DNA from: Pecten maximus
Taxonomy: Eukaryota
NCBI RefSeq assembly: GCF_902652985.1
Contig: NC_047015.1
Span: 20,522,001-20,586,000 of the forward strand
Length of the DNA: 64,000 nt
Reading direction: 5' to 3'
Positions 1 through 12,000 of this stretch are shown one piece after another. A model generated the notes under the pieces. That model worked only from the letters and a program-made list of their open reading frames with translations. It was not told where the DNA came from and made no database searches. Position numbers and translations under genes: made by a program. Within the stretch, counting starts at the first letter, position 1. The number at the start of each line of letters is the position of its first letter.

Positions 1-29
1 ACATAGAAAGACAAACAACAGAGACTTAC

Positions 30-3000
30 CGATCGTATGTCGGATACGTTCATGAATACAGCACTTAGGAACGACACCGCACTCAGACAGGCGAACAACA
101 GCAACATATACCGATACTTCTGTAGCCGGACATCTACGTCCGTTCTGGTGACCAAATCAAAGCATTTATTGGAATACTATAAATCTATATGCTTTCTGTA
201 GTCAGAAAACTCAACAATTCAGTGAAATAATCACACGGAATAAATCTTCATCCTCTCTGGAGTGGGAACACTCGGGCATTTAGTGACATATTCTTACGTT
301 GAAAATCTGTAAGCTTCACGGTGATACGGTACATATTGACTTATAAATTGATAAACTGGTACTTAAGGTAATAGAAAATGATAATTTCAAATTAAGTCAA
401 AAACACGTTGATACATTGCGATATTGAGCACCGTTAAATGTTATATGGTATATCAATGTCTCGTCCTTTCATGTCTCGTCAGTGATGCTAGGGCCATAAT
501 GTTGAGACTTAGAATGGGACGTCAGGGAAATCTTCACGGAAAAATAGAAGTGGTGGTGTAAAATCTCATAGACATCGATAATGACGAATTATACTTACTC
601 CTCCTCGTTTCCAAGGATGGTTCCCACAGTAAGAGCAGACAGTCCCATGCCTATCCCCATACTACTGGACGCCAGACCGGCCGCTGTCCCGTACGATGTC
701 GGGGGTACCATCGACATCATCACCTGCCACAGGATTATCTACAAATAAAAACACGTCACGTTATTGTACTTTACTTAAGGATTGATTGTCAATTTTGTTG
801 CTTGCATGGACTAATGAAGGGAAGTGAACCTCGTGCAAATGAAGTGAACTGCTTCGCAGTTCATGTACCATTTGCACGAGGTTCACTTCTGTTCATCAGT
901 CCATGCAAGCAACAAAATTGACAATCAATCCTTATATTTATGTTAACCAAATTCAAAACTTCGCCACCAGATTGCAAAATTCGGTCGCAACAGTGTGACG
1001 TAAGTGCGTTACTTTGTAACATTGTTATACTTATCGTACATGTGTGCACAGTAGTGGAACAGCAGACAGTAAGCTATTCTCGTCGCCAAGGCAACACAAA
1101 ATATAGTGCCATACACGTTTTGATTATTACGATGTTGATACACATAGATACGATATTTTCAAGGTAAAATATTCATTTATAACAAATATTTATGATATTG
1201 TATAATAAAAACTTAGCAATACCCTTATAAATACGAATTTAAAGTGCAGTGTTGACAGTATAGTATGTGTTTGATTTGGTCACTCGAGACACAGGGACTC
1301 GGTTAAAAAAAATGATGTGATGCAGTCTAATAGCCGGGATATTCAGAGCTCGAGAAAAAGTGTAACAATGTGGCTTTTAGTCGTAGGTTAGCTGGTGATG
1401 TACATGGTGTTCTCGACATATTGGATTTCATTGTCGCACTGGCGTTTTGGGATGTAAATACTGATAATAGTAAGTAAAGAAACATTGATTTGAAAATTGG
1501 CGGTATTCGACGGCCGGAAACTTGTGTCCTCCATATGTTTAGATTGAGTCAAATTGCGACAATAATGTGTCCCTGTTCTCGATATAGCATACTTCTGCTA
1601 CCAGTCTGTTTTGTGTTGTTAAATAGTGTTTAAATTTAGCTTTATTTTCTGTGACCACTGAAATGGTATTAAGCATGGCATTCGAGATACAGCTAACGTT
1701 AGACCTACTGCGCTACGTAGGTTATGAGCTCGGTGCTATCGAGAGTGTCAGTGTTCTGTCAGATCCTGTATATTCTAAACTGTCTGCATTATACTGGCAT
1801 TTTTATAAGCACATAAAGCGGCTATTCCACTTGTGTTCATATACGTTTATAACAATGTTACACAATTCACAAAGTGAAAGTGCATTCAAGTCTGAGGCGG
1901 TACAGAACTCGATCGCCATTGTAAACTCAGTGAATGTATTCACACGCCGGCAAGAAAGTGATTCGTCTCTAAGAACAGAAGCACGCGACCCAAAATCTTC
2001 AACGGGAAATGAAGTGATCTGAGTTTACTATGTTCATTGAGGCGGAGCGAAGTGAAAATGTAAATATAAAGAAATGTTAAACCTATGTTTTAAACGGTCT
2101 CAGACTGTCCACAGGAAAAAAACTGTCAAGACACGGACAATCTACAGAAAAAAAACTGTTAAACGTCAAGACCTCCGATTATCTATACAAAAAAGTTAAC
2201 GTCAAGGTCTCGTCGCATTTTCCAACTCGCAACTCGCATTTTCCAACTCGCAACTCGCAACTCGAAGAAAAGAAACCCTCGAAATAATCACACGGAATAC
2301 ATCTACATCCTCTCTGGAGTGGGACCACTCTGGCATTTAGTGACATATTCTAATGGTGGAAAATCTGTAAGCTTCACGGTGATACGGTACATATTGACTT
2401 ATAAATTGATAAAATGGTACTTAAGGTAATAGAAAATGATAATTTCAAATTAAGTAAAAAACACGTGGATACATCGCGATATTGAGCACCGTTAAATGTT
2501 ATATGGTATATCAATGTCTCGTCCTTTCATGTCTCGTCAGTGATGCTGGGGCCATAATGTTGAGACTTAGAATGGGACGTCAGGGAAATCTTCACGGAAA
2601 AATAGAAGTGGTAGTGTAAAATCTCATAGACATCGATAATGACGAATTATACTAACTCCTCCTCGTTTCCAAGGATGGTTCCCACAGTAAGAGCAGACAG
2701 TCCCATGCCTATCCCCATACTACTGGACGCCAGACCGGCCGCTGTCCCGTACGATGTCGGGGGTACCATCGACATCATCACCTGCCACAGGATTATCTAC
2801 AAATAAAAACACGTAACGTTATTGTACTTTATGAAGAAATGTTAAACCCATGTTTTAAACGTTCAGGTCTCAGACTGTCCACAGGAAAAAAACTGTCAAG
2901 ACACGGACTATCTACAGAAAAAAAACTGTTAAACGTCAAGACCTCCGATTATCTATACAAAAAAACCTTAAACGTCAAGGTCTCGGACTATCTATAAAAA

Positions 3001-6000
3001 AACCTTAAACGTCATGGTCTCGGACTATCTATAAAAAAACTTAAACGCCAAGGTCTCGGACTATCTATAAAAAACCTTTAACGTCAAGGTCTCGAACTAT
3101 CTATAAACAAACTTAAACGTCAAGGTCTCGGACTATCTATAAAAAAACTTAAACGTCAAGGTCTCGGACTATCTATAAAAAAACTTAAACGCCAAGGTCT
3201 CGGACTATCTGTAAACAAACTTAAACGTCAAGGTCTCGGACTATCTATAAAAAAACTTAAACGTCAAGGTCTCGGACTATCTATAAACAAACTTAAACGT
3301 CAAGGTCTCGAACTATCTATAGAAAAAAACTTAAACGTCAAGGTCTCGAACTATCTATAAAAAAAACTTAAACGCCAAGGTCTCGAACTATCTATAAAAA
3401 AACCTTAAACGTCAAGGTCTCGGACTATCTATAAAAAAAACTTAAACGTCAAGGTCTCGACTATCTATAAAAAAAACTTAAACGCCAAGGTCTCGAACAA
3501 TCTATAAAAAAAACCTTAAACGTCAAGGTCTCGAACTATCTATAAAAAAAACTTAAACGTCAAGGTCTCGAACTATCTATAAAAAACCTTAAACGTCAAG
3601 GTCTCGGACTATCTATAAAAAAACTTAAACGTCAAGGTCTCGAACTATCTATAAACAAACTTAAACGTCAAGGTCTCGGACTATCTATAAAAAATCTTAA
3701 ACGTCAAGGTCTCGGACTATCTATGAAAAATCTTAAACGTCAAGGTCTCGGACTATCTATAAAAACCTTAAACGTCAAGGTCTCGAGCTATCTATAAAAA
3801 CCTTAAACGTCAAGGTCTCGGACTATCTATAAAAAAACTTAAACGTCGAGGTCTCGGACTATCTATAAAAAAACTTAAACGTCGAGGTCTCGGACTATCT
3901 ATCAAAAACTTAAACGTCAAGGTCTCGGACTATCGATAAAAACCTTAAACGTCAATGTCTCGGACTATCTATAAAAAAAACTTAAACGTCAAGGTCTCGG
4001 ACTATCTATAAAAAACTTAAACGTCGAGGTCTCGGACAATCTATAAAAAACTTAAACGTCAAAATCTCGGACTATCTATAAAAAACTTAAACGCCAAGGT
4101 CTCGGACTATCTATAAAAAACTTAAACGTCAAGGTCTCGGACTATCTATAAAAAAAACTTAAACGTCAAGGTCTCGAACTATCTATAAACAAACTTAAAC
4201 GTCAAGGTCTCGGACTATCTATAAAAAAAACTTAAACGCCAAGGTCTCGGACTATCTATAAAAAAAACTTAAACGTCAAGGTCTCGAACTATCTATAAAA
4301 AAACTTAAACGCCAAGGTCTCGAACAATCTATAAAAAAACCTGAAACGTCAAGGTCTCGAACTATCTATCAAAAAAACTTAAACGCCAAGGTCTCGAACT
4401 ATCTATAAAAAAACCTTAAACGTCAAGGTCTCGGACTATCTATAAAAAAAACTTAAACGTCAAGGTCTCGAACTATCTATAAACAAACTTAAACGTCAAG
4501 GTCTCGGACTATCTATAAAAAATCTTAAACGTCAAGGTCTCGGACTATCTATAAAAAATCTTAAACGTCAAGGTCTCGGACTATCTATAAAAACCTTAAA
4601 CGTCAAGGTCTCGAGCTATCTATAAAAACCTTAAACGTCAAGGTCTCGGACTATCTATAAAAAAAACTTAAACGTCGAGGTCTCGGACTATCTATAAAAA
4701 AACTTAAACGTCGAGGTCTCGGACTATCTATAAAAAAACTTAAACGTCAAGGTCTCGGACTATCGATAAAAACCTTAAACGTCAATGTCTCGGACTATCT
4801 ATAAAAAAAACCTTAAACGTCAAGGTCTCGGACTATCTATAAAAAACTTAAACGTCGAGGTCTCGGACAATCTATAAAAAACTTAAACGTCAAAGTCTCG
4901 GACTATCTATAAAAAACTTAAACGCCAAGGTCTCGGACTATCTATAAAAAAATTAAACGTCAAGGTCTCGGACTATCTATAAAAAACTTAAACGTCAAGG
5001 TCTCGAACTATCTATAAAAAACCTTAAACGTCAAGGTCTCGGACTATCTATAAAAAAAACTTAAACGTCAAGGTCTCGGACTATCTATAAAAAAACTTAA
5101 ACATCAAGGTCTCGGACTATCTATAAACAAACTTAAACGTCAAGGTCTCGGACTATCTATAAAAAATCTTAAACGTCAAGGTCTCGGACTATCTATAAAA
5201 AATCTTAAACGTCAAGGTCTCGGACTATCTATAAAAACCTTAAACGTCAAGGTCTCGAGCTATCTATAAAAACCTTAAACGTCAAGGTCTCAGACTATCT
5301 ATAAAAAAACTTAAACGTCGAGGTCTCGGACTATCTATAAAAAAACTTAAACGTCGAGGTCTCGGACTATCTATCAAAAACTTAAACGTCAAGGTCTCGG
5401 ACTATCGATAAAAACCTTAAACGTCAATGTCTCGGACTATCTATAAAAAAACTTAAACGTCAAGGTCTCGGACTATCTATAAAAAACTTAAACGTCAAGG
5501 TCTCGGACAATCTATAAAAAACTTAAACGTCAAAATCTCGGACTATCTATAAAAAACTTAAACGCCAAGGTCTCGGACTATCTATAAAAAACTTAAACGT
5601 CAAGGTCTCGGACTATCTATAAAAAACTTAAACGTCAAGGTCTCGAACTATCTATAAAAAACCTTAAACGTCAAGGTCTCGGACTATCTATAAAAAAACT
5701 TAAACGTCAAGGTCTCGGACTATCTATAAAAAACTTAAACGTCAAGGTCTCGGACTATCTATAAAAAACTTAAACGTCAAGGTCTCGGACTATCTATAAA
5801 AAAACTTAAACGTCAAGGTCTCGGACTATCTATAAAAAAACTTAAACGTCAAGGTCTCGGACTATCTATAAAAAAACTTAAACGTCAAGGTCTCGGACTA
5901 TCTATAAAAAAACTTAAACGTCAAGGTCTCGGACTATCTATAAAAAAAACTTAAACGTCAAGGTCTCGGACTATCTATAAAACAAACCTTAAACGTCAAG

Positions 6001-9000
6001 GTCTCGGACTATCTATAGAAAACCTTAAACGCCAAGGTCTCGGACTATCTATAAAAAAAACTTAAACGTCAAGGTCTCGGACTATCTATAAAAAAACTTA
6101 AACGTCAAGGTCTCGGACTATCTATAAAAAAACTTAAACGTCAAGGTCTCGGACTATCTATAAAAAAACCTTAAACGTCAAGGTCTCGGACTATCTATAA
6201 AAAAACTTAAACGTCAAGGTCTCGGACTATCTATAAAAAACTTAAACGTCAAGGTCTCGGACTATCTACAGAAAAGAAGAAAAAAAAACCCCTGTTAAAC
6301 GTGAAGATTTCTGATTCTTTATAAAGATATGTTAAACGTCGAGTAATCATATTGAAAATATAGATAGAAATATCAAACCGAGTATTTTTCAAAATGTTTT
6401 AATATCCAAAATTAACCAATTGGTTCAATTTTTGGGTTTAAGCAACCCTTTCTCTACTTCAACAACAAATCAGTTCATGTATTTCATGAATAAGATACGC
6501 TGATAATCAGTTTCAACAGTGTATATTGTTATATATTATTATATCGAGCGTAACCACCCGTGCAGGTTATATATCTTGACGTCATAGCTTGCAATATCAT
6601 GATCTACAAATAAATTTGTCTTTTGTTGAAGACCTCCGTTGAATTGGCGTTCTTCACCACTGACACATATTTAGCAGAGTAGCATTGAATTACATTACTT
6701 TCGTATCTGTTATGTAGATATAATTATGCAAATCTACAGTAAAATGTCAAGACCTGAAATTTGGGGGACAATTTAGCTGGTACGTCCTGACTTTACACGT
6801 TATGATATTAAGGTGTGTCCCGGTATACTTTACACGTTATGATATTTAGGTGTGTCCCGGTATACTTCACACGTTATGATATTTAGGTGTGTCCCGGTAT
6901 ACTTTACACGTTATGATATTAAGACTTGTCCCGGTATACTTTACACGTTATGATATTAAGGTGTGTCCCGGTATACTTTACACGTTATGATATTAAGGTG
7001 TGTCCCGGTATACTTTACACGTTATGATATTAAGGTGTGTCCCGGTATACTTCACCCGTTATGATATTAAGACTTGTCCCGGTATACTTTACACGTTATG
7101 ATATTAAGGTGTGTCCCGGTATACTTTACACGTTATGATATTAAGGTGTGTCCCGGTATACTTTACACGTTATGATATTAAGGTGTGTCCCGGTATACTT
7201 TACACGTTATGATATTAAGGTGTGTTCCGGTATACTTCACACGTTATGATATTTAGGTGTGTCCCGGTATACTTTACACGTTATGATATTAAGACTTGTC
7301 CCGGTATACTTTACACGTTATGATATTTAGGTGTGTCCCGGTATACTTTACACGTTATGATATTAAGACTTGTCCCGGTATACTTTACACGTTATGATAT
7401 TAAGGTGTGTCCCGGTATACTTCACACGTTATGATATTAAGACTTGTCCCGGTATACTTTCCACGTTATGATATTTGGGTGTGTCCCGGTATACTTTACA
7501 CGTTATGATATTAAGACTTGTCCCGGTATACTTTACACGTTATGATATTTAGACTAATTCCTGTATTCAATGAGACTCCTATACTGTATAACATAATACA
7601 ATCTAATATACGATCTATATAAGTTCATACACGAATCTCTATCTGGAAGTATCGGTCCAAGAATATCAGCACACATGAAAGGTCACTCTCACATAAGGTT
7701 TAAGACCCATTTCGACACATTTCATATATCTTCATCGATATCTTGTTGAGATAACTTAAGTTTGATAAATCACAATGCTCCCTCTCTCCCACACAATATT
7801 GTACTATAACACATATATTTTGTCAACTGTGAGGAAATCACTATATCCCCTGCTGTCAGACGGATCTAGAAATGACCTCAATTTAGTCATGTTAGAGTTA
7901 TATCCCTTCCCACAGCTTTACAACAGTGTTCGATTAGAGATTAATAGACTGGCCCCCTGTCCCTAGAATATCAAAATTATAGATAAAATTGAGCTTTATG
8001 ATTTTGGTCTCACGATATGTCTAATTCCTCAGTTTTAAACTAGGGGGAGATAAAGTAGTATTATAATTAAGATTGGTAATTCTTAATGAAAAAACTAAGG
8101 GTCTGGTGGCCAGTTTAAGAGATTAACTATGGTTAAGATATCATGAATATGGTTAAGGTTCAACAAGCCTGGTTATTTGTCATTTTATAAACAAAAGTGA
8201 CACGCCAAAAAGAAGGTCATCATATATCAGTAGATTGGTTGGAATCTACAGTTTCCAACAAAGGTTGTTGTAAATGGTTATGTTATCTTAAATTTGTTAA
8301 TATGTGCTATATTCTCGTTTGAACTTGTATGAATGGCGGAGATATCCAGTCTCGGAATTAAAATTAATATTTTCACACATTTCTTTTTTATAATATTTTG
8401 AACAGTATTTATAGTTAATAGTGAGGTTGCGAGTTTCTGGTGTCAAATGTATGTAATCAAGTCCTGTTCTGTGTCAGTGTCTATGTCAACTGTATCAAGT
8501 CATGTTCTGTGTCACTGTCTATGTCAACTGTATCAAGTCATGTTTTGTGTCACTGTCTATGTCAACTGTAATCAAGTCCTGTTCAGTATCACTGTCTATG
8601 TCGACTGTAATCAAGTCCTGTCCTGTATCACTGTCTATGTCAACTGTAATCAAGTCCTGTTCTGTGTCACTGTCTTTGTCAACTGTATCAAGTCATGTTC
8701 TGTATCACTGTCTATGTCAACTGTATCAAGTCCTGTTCGGTGTCACTGTCTATGTCAACTGTATCAAGTCCTGTTTTGTGTCACTGTCTATGTCAACTGT
8801 ATCAAGTAATGCTCTGTATCACTGTCTATGTCAACTGTATCAAGTCTTGTTCTGTGTCACTGTCTATGTCAACTGTAATCAAGGCCTGCTCTGTGTCACT
8901 GTCTATGTCAACTGTAATCAAGTCCTGTCCTGTATCACTGTCTATGTCAACTGTAATCAAGTCCTGTTCTGTGTCACTGTCTATGTCAACTGTATCAAGT

Positions 9001-12000
9001 CCTGTCCTGTGTCACTGTCTATGTCAACTGTAATCAAGTCCTGTCCTGTGTCACTGTCTATGTCAACTGTAATCAAGTCCTGTACTGTGTCACTGTCTAT
9101 GTCAACTGTATCAAGTCCTGTTCTGTGTCACTGTCTATGTCAACTGTATCAAGTCATGTTCTGTGTCACTGTCTATGTCCACTGTAATCAGGTTCTGTTC
9201 TGTGTCACTGTCTATGTCAACTGTATCAAGTCCTGTTCGGTGTCACTGTCTATGTCCACTGTAATCAGGTTCTGTTCTGTGTCACTGTCTATGTCAACTG
9301 TATCAAGTCCTGTTCGGTGTCACTGTCTATGTCAACTGTAATCCAGCCCTGTTCTGTGTCACTGTCTATGTCAACTGTATCAAGTCCTGTTCTGTGTCAC
9401 TGTCTATGTCGACTGTAATCAAGTCCTGTTCTGTGTCACTGTCTATGTCAACTGTAATCAAGTCCTGTTCTGTATCACTGTCTATGTCAACTGTATCAAG
9501 TCATGTTCTGTATCACTGTCTATGTCAACTGTATCAAGTCCTGTACTGTGTCACTGTCTATGTCAACTGTAATCCAGCCCTGTTCTGTGTCACTGTCTAT
9601 GTCAACTGCATCAAGTCCTGTTCTGTGTCACTGTCTATGTCAACTGTAATCACGTCCTGTTCTGTATCACTGTCTATGTCAAGTGTCATGTGCTTGTGTT
9701 TATGTTTTGTATTTGCGACCCTTGACCTCATACCTTGTACCCTTCACCTGTGACCACGTATAGAAGACTCATGATAAGATTCATTGTCAAAAAGATGGAA
9801 ATTTTAAATTCCACGGACTCAACCTCTGTCGCATTGATAGAGTAAGAGTGTAGTTACTAATACAAAATATGTCAAATTGTTTACAAGGTCATTTTGTCTA
9901 TCATCCATATTATTATCAATGTAATTCGGGATGATGTAATTGTATTATTATCATAGTAACTGTATGTGGTCATATGTAAAGTGTTATAGATACTGTATTG
10001 TTAAATCTATCTGTGATGTCCATATCTACCGTCACCTTATGGTATTTGTTTCTACTGTTTTAGGGTATCTTGTTGAGACTACAAGATAAATGTAATAGAG
10101 GAACTCCGCATCATTGCTTTCATTCCGCCTCTGCCTAAAATCCCTACATCGTTTCATATGTGGGAAAAAGGGACTAATATGCACTTACTGTGTGTGGTTT
10201 ATGAAGTTGTGAGAGAAAATAAAACTAAGGCCCGTTTGACCTCGCTCTTGACATGAACTTTGATATTTACTGTACATTTTATAAGTTGATGGTTCCGATA
10301 AATAGACTGACATGTTAAACTTTTAGGGAAGCAATCCGTGGATACGTATTATTTTGACGTAAGATTATGACTTGAATTACAATACATATATTTCCGGTTC
10401 ATATCAAACTTAAATGGGTTTGAAGCATATACTCGATGACATCATCAAACATGCGGGCCTCAGAGGGAACCAGATCCGCGGTGTTATTAACGATTGGATG
10501 GTTGGCTAGTAATTGTTTGTTTTAACTGGACTCAGAAAAGTATATATACTTTATCGTAATCGATTATTTGGCAACAATTGAAAGTCAATGAGACCTTACC
10601 GCATTACAGTTGAAAGTGACCCCTATACAGATGGACATGGCTAGTGGCGGCACCTTGGATAGGTAGGCGAGCGTCAGGTACACTGGGGTGGTCAGCAAGC
10701 ACGCTACCATTCCCACAATTCCATGGCAGTTCAGCTTCTCCTGAGGACAAACAATGACTTCAATGAAATGGACTCAAATGTACATATGAGGTCATCAATG
10801 AAAACAGACACCAGTATGGCCGATTATTGAAAAATGACAAAAATCTCTCGTGGGATTATCAAAGCTAATAGAATGAGAACATTGGAACATATCGATGACG
10901 AAAATAAACAGCTGATGGATGATCAGAATAAATATCAGTCAATTTTAAACAGGATAGATAATAAAGTCTATAGTATTATATGACAAAGAATCATCACCAA
11001 GGAAACACATCAATGACGTCATGAAATCATGCGATATGTTTTACCAGGATATCACCGTATATACATGTACCTCCTAGTCGAGTAAATGGCGTTATAAGTT
11101 ATCTCGTAATCTCAAATATAACTCAAATACGGAGTCTTCGTGTTATAACTAAAACTCGAATCCCGTCATTTCGTTAATTCCCTCAATTGCTAACAATTCA
11201 TATTTCCAACATCGACTCCCCATAACTTTAGTAACGTTCAGAGAGACTACCGTTTTGTCCATGTCTGCGTGAAATAACATTTTAGGAAATTATATAAAAA
11301 TGATTTCAAACGACTATACCAAAATCACGTTTTATGTCTCCCTAAATGTTCGAATGATAAACCGACATGACATTTTAATTAAAGAAAAAATATAACAAAC
11401 AATTTATGCTTTTAAAATTTGATGTGTGTAATTCGAAACACCGATAGTCTAATATAGAATGGGTTTTTACTTCTTTAAAGAAAAGACCATGATAATAATG
11501 ACTGACTTGTCAGTAAGGAACTCCTACATTACCAGTATCTTCCCCAGGATAGGAGCTAGCAACGACACGTCGTACACGGCGCCATTGATGTAAGACGCGT
11601 CAGTCTTAGAGAAGCCATAACGGTCTTGGAAAAATTTTCTACAAAATAATACATATCTTAAATACATGTTACAACAGTCAGCAAAGGTGATTCTATGAAA
11701 TCATCGTTCTGAAGATTTCCAGACCCAATCCGAAATTCATTAACAAAACAAAATTATGCTTTTTGCAACTTGAGGGAAACACTTACGTTGCGTTGGAGAC
11801 AAATGGAATGACGGAGCTGTAGAAACATGTGAGCATCACAATAAGATACCAGTAGGTCGAAGGGAAGCTCTTTATGTCGGTCAGTCTCTGAAATAGTCAT
11901 ACTGATTATAAATACCGTCACTTACATTAAAGTGGAGTGTACAATAAAATAGTAGTAGGAGGAAGGGAAGCTCTTTATGTCGGTCAGACTCTGAAATAGT

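Larger units (their letters stand above)
224..2985. repeat. Local tandem segmental duplication: copy 1 = 224-773 + 2069-2212 (split by an insertion), copy 2 = 2281-2985
   Basis: Direct alignment by eye, with scattered substitutions and small indels between copies. Confidence 0.9.

Noticed and set aside
1651-2022. 123-aa ORF inside the hairpin element as a recombinase or transposase
   Set aside because: No recognisable catalytic motif.
2960-7552. CRISPR-like arrays of 36-37-bp repeats
   Set aside because: Repeats are contiguous with no unique spacers, no cas genes, and the context is eukaryotic.
7555-8420. Possible decayed retroelement fragment (also 26580-27060)
   Set aside because: Composition is suggestive but no diagnostic motif could be read.
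8447-9753. Cys/Val-rich ORFs
   Set aside because: Artefacts of the 38/39-bp minisatellite.
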